A program made the position numbers and the translations under genes. A stretch of DNA of 64,000 nt, taken from NCBI RefSeq assembly GCF_048593235.1, contig NC_133618.1, forward strand, positions 534,784,465 to 534,848,464. The letters are read 5' to 3'. This DNA comes from Sminthopsis crassicaudata (taxonomy: Eukaryota). Below the pieces are notes generated by a model. It was not told the DNA's origin and searched no databases. It worked only from the letters and a program-made list of their open reading frames with translations. Positions 38,301-50,300 of the stretch are shown here, in pieces (position 1 is the stretch's first letter; each line of letters opens with the position of its first letter).

Positions 38301-41300
38301 TGGGATGGTTTTTAAATTTTAAATTTTTTAATCTAAAGGGGAAAAAAAAAATCTCAGTAGAATTTAAGGTTGGGCTTTTTTTTTGAGGAGGAGGGGTGAG
38401 AAAAGAAGAGGAAAGAGAATGTATAAGGGTGTGTTGGAGAGTTCTTGCTATCATGCCATATTGATGGTCATGTGTTTTGCCTATATGGAAAGGTCACCCT
38501 TGGCAATCATCATGATTGCCAGGCTCCTTGGTAACAGTACCAAGAAATGTTTCTGTATTATTTTCCAGTTTGAGACCTTGAGTAGATCTACCTAAGTACA
38601 ACCCCTGCATGTTCTTGTAAAACAATAGAATGTCTTTGATAAGAAATCTGAACCCAAAAAAAATGTAGGAATGTAGGTTGGGAAATCCTAGTGATTGGAC
38701 TTAGTCTATTGACTTGTTTGGTTTTCTGAATATAAACATCTCAATCAATCATCTCTCAAGTTCCTTCCACACTGAACCCCTGTTACTGATATCCTCCCTC
38801 TAACTAATCTTGGGTGAGCTCGAAAGGAAAAAAGGGTTGCAATTGCTTGTCAAAAGAGAAAGCAGTTTTACATTGTGGTTGGGAACCTGGAATTAGTCCT
38901 GACTGTGACATTTTCTTGACTGATTGATGCTCCCAAGTTGATGTGTGAAACTTAATGTGATCTCTTTTTGTTTTCAGACAGAGATTGCTAAGAGACTGAA
39001 CACAATTTTAGCTCAGATCATGCCTTTTCTGTCGCAAGAGGTAAGATATGTGATCTTCCCTTTTCTCTCCTGGTTTTTAAAAACATCTGTGAATTTCTAA
39101 GTCACTGTTCTTTATTGGCTGCAGAAAGTATTCTTTTGAGTTTAATATAATGTTAATCTGAAGAGTCCCCAGCAGTTTCAAAGGACAGGCAAACCCAAAA
39201 GTGCATGTTTTTTATATCACTGGGTTAAATGGGCCCCCTCCTGCCATCGAATAGAGGTAGTTCTACTGCCTATGCTCTCCCTAGTTAATTCACTAAACTT
39301 GGTATATAGCAAACTGGGGCATTTGGCTGCCTTGCTTTGTACCCTGCCAGTTCCAGCCCTACTCACTGTTAAGATGAGAGAGAGAGAGAGAATGTGTCTC
39401 TGTGTCAGTTTTCTTATAACAATGAAGGAATTCCATTAGATGGTTTTTATAGTCTCTTCCTAGTTGTAAATTCCTGTCATCTCTGTGAGAAAAAATTAAT
39501 TGAACAAGCATCTTTAATAAATGGTCAGCCTAAGTCAAGGAGAGCATGTGGACCCCACTTGTCTTGATGCTTAGCTTTATAAAAGTGCTTTCATTTGGAT
39601 AGGACCATAAGATCCTGGGTTTTTGGTAGGAAGGAATCTTAGAGGTCATCTTATCCAACCCATTTTACACATGAGGAAACCAAGGCACAGAGATCAAGTA
39701 ACTTACTAAAGGTCACTTAAATTGTTAGTGGAAGAGCAGGACTTCAATTCAAGTGTTCTTGACTTTTACTGATTAGTTTGGTGGGGAGAGCAGTTAGTCC
39801 TCATGTTCTGTTTTCATTCTATCCTGGTTGTTTTGGGGGGAGGGCTTATGTATACTTTATTATCAATTATTAGGAATATTCCCATGTGGTTGGTGTTTGA
39901 AACTTTGACTAATTGGTATTTCAGTCCCAAGTTTTGCTGGATTGCTGAGCTTTGGGGGACACCCTTCCTTAGATAAGCTGTACTACATAGGATTGGGGCT
40001 TAAAAGCAAGTACCCTTCCTCCTCCTTCCAACTCATATTTACCCTCTGGCCTCAAAAGTTAGCACACCTGAAAAGATAGTTGGGAACATTCCTTTTTAAG
40101 GCTCAGCCAAGCACTTCCCAGGTCTCCCCCCTCCCCCCTCCTGCAACTAATGAGTGCCTGTAGAGGCTGAGTATCCCAACCCACTCCTGGCACTAGAGTC
40201 AGAATGGTATGAATTTAAAGCCTTATTTCAGATCACCCTGGCAGATCATTTTACGTCTTCATCTATAAAATTATCCCTATAGTGATAGCAGCCCCTGTCT
40301 TACAGGGTTGTTCTGAATAGTAGTATCAGACTCAAATAAAAACAGATCCTGTGATCCACATACTGGCTTAAAAATCACAAATTAATGTATTATCTATGTT
40401 GTATTGATTTTCATTTATGTTAAACATTTCCCAATTCTGGGCCTGGCTAGGAGTCTGATACCCCTTATCCTGAGGATCAAATGAGATAACATTCTCAAAA
40501 TACTTAAAAGTACTGCTTGTTGTGGTGGTTGTCTTATCTGGAAAGTGAAGAAATTGAACAAACAATGTATCCAGTCCCCTTCTAGTTTTCAGTCCTACTG
40601 GACTGCTTCATGATCCAATCCACGACATGGATTTCTTCTGTCTTGTCAGTGTATGATCTACTGCCTTATATGGTGAACTACTTTTCATTTTCATACATAT
40701 GGGTGGTAGGTAGAGAAGAGTATGTTTTGGGTGAGTGTTTGGGAGATGAGTGAATTCTATGTTGTTTTATCTCAGATTCTCTTACCTTAAATTTTTTTTT
40801 TTTAAGAATTTCAATATTAATTGGATTTTTTGTAACATTGCATTTTTAATTTGTGCATTTAAAAATATTTTTATGAAAAGTCCATCAGCTTCACCAGACT
40901 GACAAAGGATCCATGACACATATAAGAAAAGTTAGAAAACCTTGCTCTGTAAGTTTGAAAAAAGAGATAAATATGTGAGCAGAATGAGCATTTTAATAAT
41001 GATGTTTTTAAGCTTTTTTTTTTTTTTTTTTTTTTTTAAGTAAGGCATTATTGGAGGAACAATGGTGGTCTTTGAAACTTTGGTGTTCAAATCATGATTC
41101 AGAATTCTTCCTGTAATTTGTAGGGAGCATCTAATATTCTAAAGCTTGTTTAACTGAATGTGTGCACACCCTTGTTTCCTTTAGCATCAACAGCAAGTTG
41201 CCCAGGCTGTGGAACGAGCCAAGCAGGTGACCATGACGGAATTGAATGCCATCATCGGGGTACGTGGACTCCCCAATCTGCCTCTCACCGTGTGTATATC

Positions 41301-44300
41301 CCTTTTATTCCTCTCATTTACCATAATCAGAGATGAACCCTGAACTCAGTTGGTCTCAAAGAATGGTGGCTTTATTTGATCCTCCTTCTGAACATCACTG
41401 GGGATTTCCTAATAGGTTTTCCAAATTATTCCTGGGAGGTAGTTGAAAGCCGCTCTTGCCTCTGAATTTCTCATTTGGTGTTACTGTCAGCCTGCAAAAG
41501 AACAAAATTGGTTCTTCATGTCCCTCCTTCCTCTGCATCAAGGTTCCATGACTTAGAATGGAAGGAAAGGAACCTGTAGTTATCTTTTTTGACCAACCAA
41601 GACACATACATGGCAAAAACTGTTGTATAGTGGGGCCTAAAGGAGTAGTTCTCAAGAATCCTCCTGCTTTTGGGAGTCAGGGAGCGTATAATGGTATTTC
41701 TCTAGATAAAGTTCACCCTTCTTTTAGCCACCTGGGATCAGAACTATCTCTGTTGTTTGAACTGTGCTGTGAAACATTGGTTTTTGCTTTGATAACCCAT
41801 GCATTGAGTGGCCTCTGTCAATGTTGGTTATATTGTGGCCATGAGCTGACTCATCTGGCACAGAAGATCCTTTGAATCTTAAAATTGAACCTGGTTTATA
41901 CATGTATACCTTTCTGTGCTACATGAGCTGCTCGGTGTGGGGGGAGGGTGAATCTTCACCTATTGGATTAATTGGATTTCTGTATTATCTTTCCTGCTTC
42001 CTATCTAACTACAAAGGTTATTTAGACTGCTCACTCCAAAAAAGCAAAAAACAAAAACAAAAAAAACATTTCCCCTCTTCCCCCCTCCCCCAGGCAATTG
42101 GGGTTAAGTGACTTGCCCAGGGTCTCACAGCTAGGAAGTGTTAAGTGTTTGAGTAAATTTGAACTCAGGTCCTCTTGGCTTTAGGGCTGGTGCTCTATCC
42201 ACTAGCTGCCCCAATTTCCCCTCTTTTCTGCAGTTTATAAGGGTAGGGAATGGATCTGTTTTGGTATAAGGAACTTCTGGATAAAGGAGCTTCTTCTACC
42301 AAGAACGTGGCACCTTTTGTGCAAATTAGAGTGCCTAGGGACCATGAAATTAAGTGATTTGCCCAAAGTCTCAATTAGGATATTTTAATGGTAGAATTTG
42401 ACCCCAGGATTCCTGGTTTTAAGGCTGGGTTTCTACCAATTTACCTTACTGATTTATGTTCAGTCTTTATTTCAAGGAGAAAAAAGGACTAACTGTAAAA
42501 AGCACTGCACCTGATGTAGTACACTTGAGTTTTTGTTCTGCCTTTGCCACTAAATTAATATGTGACTTTTTTTTTTTTTTTTGAAAAGTTACTGGACTGA
42601 CTTCTGGGCATCATTGTCCCGATCTACAAAATGAGAACTTTGGGCCCAGTGACCTCCTAAGACCTTTTCTAGCTCTCAGAGACTACATTTCAATTTATAA
42701 CATACTGTAATAATGAACTCTATACTTTGGAGATTTGCAAAATTCTTTAAAACCATCTCATGACAGAGGCCTGATATAAGTATTATTATTCCTATCTGAT
42801 GGATGAGAATACAGATGTTCTAAGTGGTTAAGTATCTTGTCCATGATCATAGAAATAGCAAATATCTGTGGGAGGATTCAAACCAAGGTCTCCAAGTAAT
42901 ATTCTTTCTGCTCCATTTTCTCTCTTACTAACTTTTTTATCTTAACTGGTTGAATATCTGCTTAGGATAGGAAAATTAAGTCATCACTCCTACTGGGAGT
43001 GGTTGTCTGCAAGACCAACGCAACAAGCTTGTACTTCTAGGGTCCATTCTAAAGTTTCTAAATGCTATCAATGAGTGATGGTTAGCCTAGTCTGGAGTCT
43101 CCTAGTACTGGGGCTAGGGTAAATATTCACCCTTTTGATTATCATGTAGGAGGATGGACAGATATTTGAGTCAACAAAGTGAAGGCCTAAGAACTCAGGA
43201 AACCCAAGAATGTGAGAAAATACTTAAGACTTCCTAGACTTTACACTTAACAGACATAACATCAAAAAAGCATAAACTGTTAACCATAGAAGGGACTTAG
43301 GAAAAAGACTGACCCCTCTCCCCCCCAACCTTATTTACAGAGGTCAAAGCTGGGCCCAGAGAAGGGAGATGGTTTGCCTGGTTCCACCCAGTGTGTTAAT
43401 GGCAAGGCTAGGATTAGAACACTAAGTCTTGGGACATCCAGCTGACCCCAGAATGATGTGTTTGCATAATGCATTCTCTCTCTATTTAGCATCAAGCACT
43501 GAAATGTAAGGGGAGAAGGATGTTTTGGGAACTGATTGGGCAGGGGTTCTGGAGTGGTGTGATTCCACTATCAGATCTCCTAAATACTCCCTCTGTTTCT
43601 GTAATAGCAAGCCTGCTCCTTGTTTCTGCCCTCTATCAGTGTAGTCACACCTTCTCACGGGGTCTCTCTCTCTCCATTCATCCCTTCTTTCCCCAAACTG
43701 CCTTAACTTTTGATCCTTCTTTCCTCTCTTATTTCATCTTTGGAATATGGACAGCCTGATGAATATTACTTATTTTAAAAAAGAACAGAGTCAAATTGAA
43801 GGAATACTGTATGCTTTGATTAGCTGAGCTTCCTTTAAGTAGTATTTAGGAAGCTACAAGTTAGGTCAAGGCAGCTAGAGGCAGATATTGGAATTCAATT
43901 AAGCCAACGAGTGGGGCCTGTGACCCCCATTTTCAAGGTAATTGCTTCTCCGGCTCTGTCTGAATGCAGCCATAGTCCTGTCATTAAGCAGGCAGCCATT
44001 TAATCGCTCCTTCTGACAGAGTCTCACAAGGCAGGAATTACGGGCAGAGGAGGCCTGCCTGAGCTGAGGAGGCTGTGCTTGACTGCACTCCAGCAAAGGA
44101 GAGCTAATCCAGTCAAGCCGTTCTTTATCTCTCCTAGAAGAAGCCCGAGACCCAGCAGCTACTACACTGAAGATATTTGAAGCTCATCGGCTGCTGAGGA
44201 GCGAGATAGAAAGCAGGGAGTGGGGAAGGTAGATAGCAAAAGTATTGGCTTAATAGTGCAAGGGCAGATGGTTCCAGGAGGCAAAAACCCTAAGCAGAGC

Positions 44301-47300
44301 AGTGAGAAACCCGTGGGGGCTGGCCAGTCTAGAGGGCGAGTTCCTTTTATTGCTGCTCTGGCTTTCGAGGGAGGGGCCTCTCTTGGGAAGCAGGAGTGGG
44401 AGGAAGGGCAAAGGGCTCTCAGCCCTACCCACTTTGCCCAGTTCACATGTGACTAGTGTCCTAAGAACAAATCTGGGGCCAGAAGATTGCATCTGTTCCA
44501 GTTAACTGGGGGTGGTGGGGCAGGCTCGGCTGGTGGCAGCGAGCAGTAGCTCCACCTTTCCTGAGCCCTAGCTCCCCACCCTTTCCACGGGAGGTCAGAG
44601 TCTGGGGGCGGTGGGGGGAGTTTGAGGAGACAATCCATCCTTGGCTAGTGACTTAAAGGCCGGGCTTGTATTTCCAGAAGTGGGTTAGAGACCCTGCCAA
44701 CTTATTTGTAATCCAGCCTCTGAGTTTACTTTTAACTTTCTGGTCACAGTTCCTGGGATACTCACAAATGAAACTTCTTTTCCCTCCATCCTGATTCCTA
44801 GTCTCAGAGACACCCTCCTGGATGATGACTCTGTAGTATCACTAGACTTTGTGATATAGGTTAAGAATTCCCACTGTAGAGTATCACTTTTTAAAGAAGC
44901 AGAGACCAACTCCTAATTCAGGTTATTGGCCCTCCTCTGAGTCTAGGGCCTGGATAATACAGATCATTATTAAAGATTGCAATGAGGTGGATCCAGTTGA
45001 TTAAATTTTATTTATTTATTTTTTAAGCACAAATAAACAAGTTGAAAGTGAGAGTTGTTTATTCAAAAATGTTGAATAGGAAAGAAGGGCCCCTGTCACC
45101 CAGACTGGGAGTCAGTAATCTTTCTTCTTTTCCTTTGAGGTCAAGAACTGTTAATTTTATGCATCTAGGACATTGTCTTTGGCTCTCCTGTGAAATAGAG
45201 CCCTTGATTTGGTCAGACTCTGGAAATGATTAGACTACTTTACTAAATTTAACCCAAGTGGTGAACTTAAAGTGGTGAAGCATTAAATCTGTTAACAAAG
45301 GCATGAAGCATGATGTACATAATCCCATTAAACACTCTACATGCAAGATCTTCCCGCCAGAACTTTGTCAATTGCAGTGTCTTCTTCTCTTGAACCCCAT
45401 TTCTTTGGCTTCTTCACAGAAGATCGAGGAGGGAAAATGTGTCTGCTTTGTGAGGGCAGTGCTTCCTGGGATCTCTTTTGTTTGCAGTGAAACAGGGACT
45501 CTGACGGCAGTGCCCGATCTCTAACTGACATTTCCTCCCATTTGGGGCCAAAATGCCTGGACGGTTTCCATTTTCTTTTGCAGTATCTTTATTGTCTTGT
45601 AGGAAAATCCTGGTGTTCTGAGCATTAGGGGAAACTGGATCCTAGGAGCTACAAAATGGCTAAGGGCAGAGCCTTTTGCAGTTATTGAAGTGATTTATCC
45701 TAGTGTGCTGGAAAAGCTTCCCAGCTCTTGAAAACATGACCATGTCCTGCTCCTTACTTAGCCAGCTCTGCAGCATGGTGTTCAAGTCAGGGACATCTTT
45801 CAGACCTGAGTTTGGGAGAGACCTGGCTTCACTTGCAGTGAAGAGGCCCTGATGAAGATGGACATTGACGATCTTGGAAGCAAATTTCTTTACAGCCCTT
45901 ACTATGTGGCAAGTAAGATGGTTCAGCCTGTCATTTGCCTACCTCCTAATCCAGAGCTTTTGGAAGGTTACATTCTCAAAGAAGGCAAGTTCTTGGGAGA
46001 GGTCCCAGCCAAGAGAGAACTTTGATCCAGTTTCTTACCTGTTAAGTGCTACCAACTCACTGTTAAAGGGAAAGGAGGGGCCGCACCTGGGTGGTGGGAA
46101 GGCTAGAGTATGAATCGGGCTAAACAAGATCTGAAATCAAAGAGTTAACAACAATGCCTTTTCAGCCTCTGAAAGACAAGGCAGAATTGACTCTCCCACC
46201 AGCCATCTGCCCGACTCCTACCTTTTATGTGGTCCTGCTTCAATGAGAAGTTTTCAGTTTTTGAATTTTTGTATGCACTTTGTATGAATTCTTTGCTTGA
46301 CCCTGCCATCTCTTAGTCATATTTAAATTCTGTGTGGACAAATTCTGACTCCGTAGTCTGGATACAATAACTTCTAAATCTCTTGTAGTGCTAAATCTTA
46401 TCTGCCTCTCGTGGGTCTCTGCTACATGTGGGCAATTGAAACAATCCACTTTGTGTCTGCTACCTTTAATTACACTGGCCTCCTTAGACATATGAAGACA
46501 ATACTGATATTAAAATATTTGGTAATGTGAAGGGGTCACATACTCTTTGTTTCTGAAATGTGCTGGTCTTAAAAAAAACAAAACTTCTCCCAAAACAGCT
46601 CTTACCCTTCCCCCCCCCCCAAAGAATATGCTTATGTTTATGATCTTCCCTGATTGAAGATCATAGCTGTAATTAGAAGTGGAGAAAGTTTCCCGCACAT
46701 TCAAAAACTACAGTATTCATCATAGTCATTCCTTAGATGTGCTAGGAATTCCATTTTATGTGTCAGAATGGCCTAGGATTCAAACCCACAGTTCTGTCTT
46801 TTTGTGGTAGGAAGAGAGAGTGAATGGTCAGGGGTACAAGGGAAAAGTGGAAGGATGAAGGTGCTATTCGGCAAAGCATCTGGTTCCCATTAAAGAAGCT
46901 GAATTCCTGATTTGAAATATGGTGTGTGCGTGTGTGGCTTTGGGGGAGGGGAGGGAGAGGTGAAAGGGTTACCAGAGTGTTTTGGTATGGGGAAGATCAC
47001 ATAGTTTAGCAAAACTGTCCCGTTTTTGTTGTTATTGTTGTTTGTAATGGAGCCACACTTTCAACCAACTTAGACTAAGCAATAGAGATATCAGTCTAAA
47101 ACCTCTCTAAATTAAAACCAGGCCAGAAAAGAAAAGATGGCTACTGATCTTGTACCTTCTGCCCTTCTTGAATAAATGAAGTTTGATCATCTTTCTAGAG
47201 GCAGCAAAATGTAGTGGAAAAGTTTATTAAGTTCAAAGTTGAAAGCAAAAGGTTCATATCCTGCCTCCAATACTTAATGGTTATAGGATATAATCATAGA

Positions 47301-50300
47301 CAAATAATTTAACTTTGGGTCTCAGTTTCATCATTTCCCAAGTGGGAAAAATAACCAGTAAGATTTATTTTCTTAGATTGTTGTGAAGAAAACTAAATAT
47401 GAGGGGGCTATAAAATATATTGGTAAATTTGAAAGCATTTCTTGGAAAACAGTTATTATTGTGTTGGATTAAGGAAAGAATTATGTAGATATAAAATGGC
47501 ATCATTCTATTCTACCCTCATCTGCATTAAAAATGTCCCATGTGAAAAATGAATTGAAAAGTCAAAGTCCCATCCCTTTTGGAGAGTATATGGACTTAAT
47601 TCAGCTTCTTCCATTGACAGACTGAAGGAAAAAAGTGAGCCTACTATCTAATATTGAACTAATTCTGGTATTAAATTTAGACCAATAAAAAACAAAAACA
47701 TTTAAATTATACATAAATAAGAAAGTTCTTGTGCTAGCATGGCTGAAGTTACATTTAAACAGTAGCTACAAATCAAGGGTATCCCTTAACTGTTTTCTAA
47801 TTAGTTAAGGAAAGCTTCCTGGAAGAGGTGGGCTTACATACTAATGATCTCAGATTGCAGAGCTTTTGACCTCTTCATTGCATTTCATCAGAATATCTGT
47901 GAGTCTGCACATGAAGAGATGGAGGTTCAAAATCATAGGCTTATAGTCAAGTGGCCAAATTGAGATTTGTACAAAGATTTTCCTACTCTAAGACTGGTGC
48001 TATTCTTTGCTATGGTAGCAGCCTTACCATCTTCTGCTTTATGCTCTTCCTCCCTAATTCCAGGTATCAATTCAGCATGATTTGTGAAAGTCTTTCCCAT
48101 TAACAGCTTGTGCAAGTTACTTGTAATCAGGGATTGCTTCATTCATTGTATTTGTAATCTGCAACACATAGTGCAGTATTCTGGCCCATGGTATGCAATT
48201 AGTAAAGATTTAATTGATTGAATGATGATTAATGTCCTGAGTTCAAATCCGACCTCAGACCCTGACTAGCTGTGTGATCCTTGCCAAGTCACTTAACCCT
48301 TTCTGCTTCAGTTTCTCATCTGTAAAATGAGCTGGAAAAGGAAATGAAAAACCACTCTAGGATATCTGCCAAAAAAACAAAAAACAAATGGGGTCACAAA
48401 GAACACAACTTGAAAAGACTCAACAACAACAAAAAGATATGGAAATGTTTGGGAACATGTGGCATGTGGATATGTCCAACTACTCGTTTTTTAAGGGCTT
48501 ACTTTGATTAAAATCTTACAGTTCAGTGCTGGGGACAGACAAAAAACAAGTCATGTTCTTCATGGGAGTTTGCATTTAAGGGGAAGGCAGAACATGTTAA
48601 AAAAGAGATTGTTTTCAGGTCTGGAAATAACAAGAAAGGCTTTTGATAGGAGGCAGTACCTGAGCTGTGCTCTGGGTACTAAATATTCTAAAAGGTGGAG
48701 GAGAAGGGGGATCAATCGAGATGGAGGCAGGTTTTATGGCATAAAGTTAGGAGTCAGAATATAGAGTTCAGGAAATAGCTAATTGGCTAGTTTGGGCACA
48801 ATGCGGAATGTATGAAGGGGACTAATAAGAAATTAATCTGGAAAGACAGTTTGGAATCAACTTGAAGAGGGCATTAATTAAATCCCAAATTGAGGTGTTT
48901 ATAATTTATAATTTTGAATAGGAAAAAAAGTGACATGGTCAGATCTGTGCCTAAGGAAGTTAACGCAGAAGCTTAAGGCTTATGATAAGTTGGAATTGGA
49001 ACTGCAAGTTGGAAAAATCATTGGAGAAAAAATAAAATCTCCCATTCTTGATCCTAGAAATTACTGTTGTCAGATACCTGAACCACTGGAATCTTAAACC
49101 ATCCTCTTACATGTACTATGGAAATTTTTTAATGAGTTGGGAAAAGGGGGCAGTATATCAGTGGCCCATCAGGATACCATCCCACAGTTAAAAATCCCAG
49201 CCGGACAAGAATTCAATACATGACCACCTGAACACTGTTCTCTTCCTCCGCTCTCACTCCTTTCTTTCCCACCAACATTAAAAATCTCTTGAAAGAGAAG
49301 AGCTCTGGGCAGATTATCATTAATACCATCTCTTTTCCAGGCCCAGGCTGATTTTTTTTTGGTCTTTATTCAAAAGGAAGTGCTATGTTGCCTGGTCCAC
49401 AGGCTGATGAACTGTGGTGTGGTCTTGATGAATAGCAAAGTATGCTGTGATGGTGACTGTCCAAGGGGTTTAGTCACATGGGCATGGGGGCAGGGGATGA
49501 ATTTCCTTTTTTTTCTTTTTCTTTTTTTCTGAGGCTGGGGTTAAGTGACTTGCCCAGGGTCACACAGCTAGGAAGTGTTAAGTGTCTGAGACCAGATTTG
49601 AACTCAGGTCCTCCTGAATTCAGGGCTGGTGCTCTATCTACTGCGGCCACCTAGCTGCCCCAGGGGATACATTTCCAATGAATGTCTTTACCAGAAAGTT
49701 TTGTTTTTGTTTTGTTTTTTTGGAGGAGAGAGTGGAGGCAGGAGAGGTTTACTAGGAGATTATACCCAGAGTAGGGTAGGATTAAAATGGTTCCTTCAGG
49801 CTATAGGTAGTCATTGTGAATCTAGGCATAGGAGACTACCTTAGTCTCCTAATAACTGTAAGTTCTCATTCTGGCCTTTTAGACATCAATCTTTCCAGGC
49901 CACAAAAACTCCAGGGTCACAGGAACTGGGGCTTTCCTAAGAATGTTTCAATAAGAATTAAACTACCAACATCATTTTTAAGGCCTAAAAACTAGGAACT
50001 GGGATACATTAAAGAGTTAAAATTGAATTCCCTTGAAGTAAGAGGGAGTCCTTGATGAACTCGGTTGTTCTTTTAAAAAGCATGCATTATTTATTGCTGT
50101 CTTGGAAACAGGCATTGAAAATACTGTCCTGAATCTATGTGGTGGAGTGTTTATAGAAATCTCTTATCTAAATTGAAGTCCATTAATTCCGGCTGTTCTT
50201 TCAGAGAGAGGAATTTGTTGTCTCAGCCTTGGTCAAAGGTTTTGGGTTGTTCTACCCTAACACCCTTACTCCCATCCTGCCATTATGAATGCATGAAACA

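Noticed and set aside
43338-43352. PPAR/RXR DR1 sites (TLE3 is a reported adipocyte PPAR-gamma partner)
   Set aside because: Best matches seen (AGGTCA-A-AGCTGG here, TGGTCA-A-AGGTTT near 50230) have a poor second half-site, and this one lies in or next to a MIR remnant
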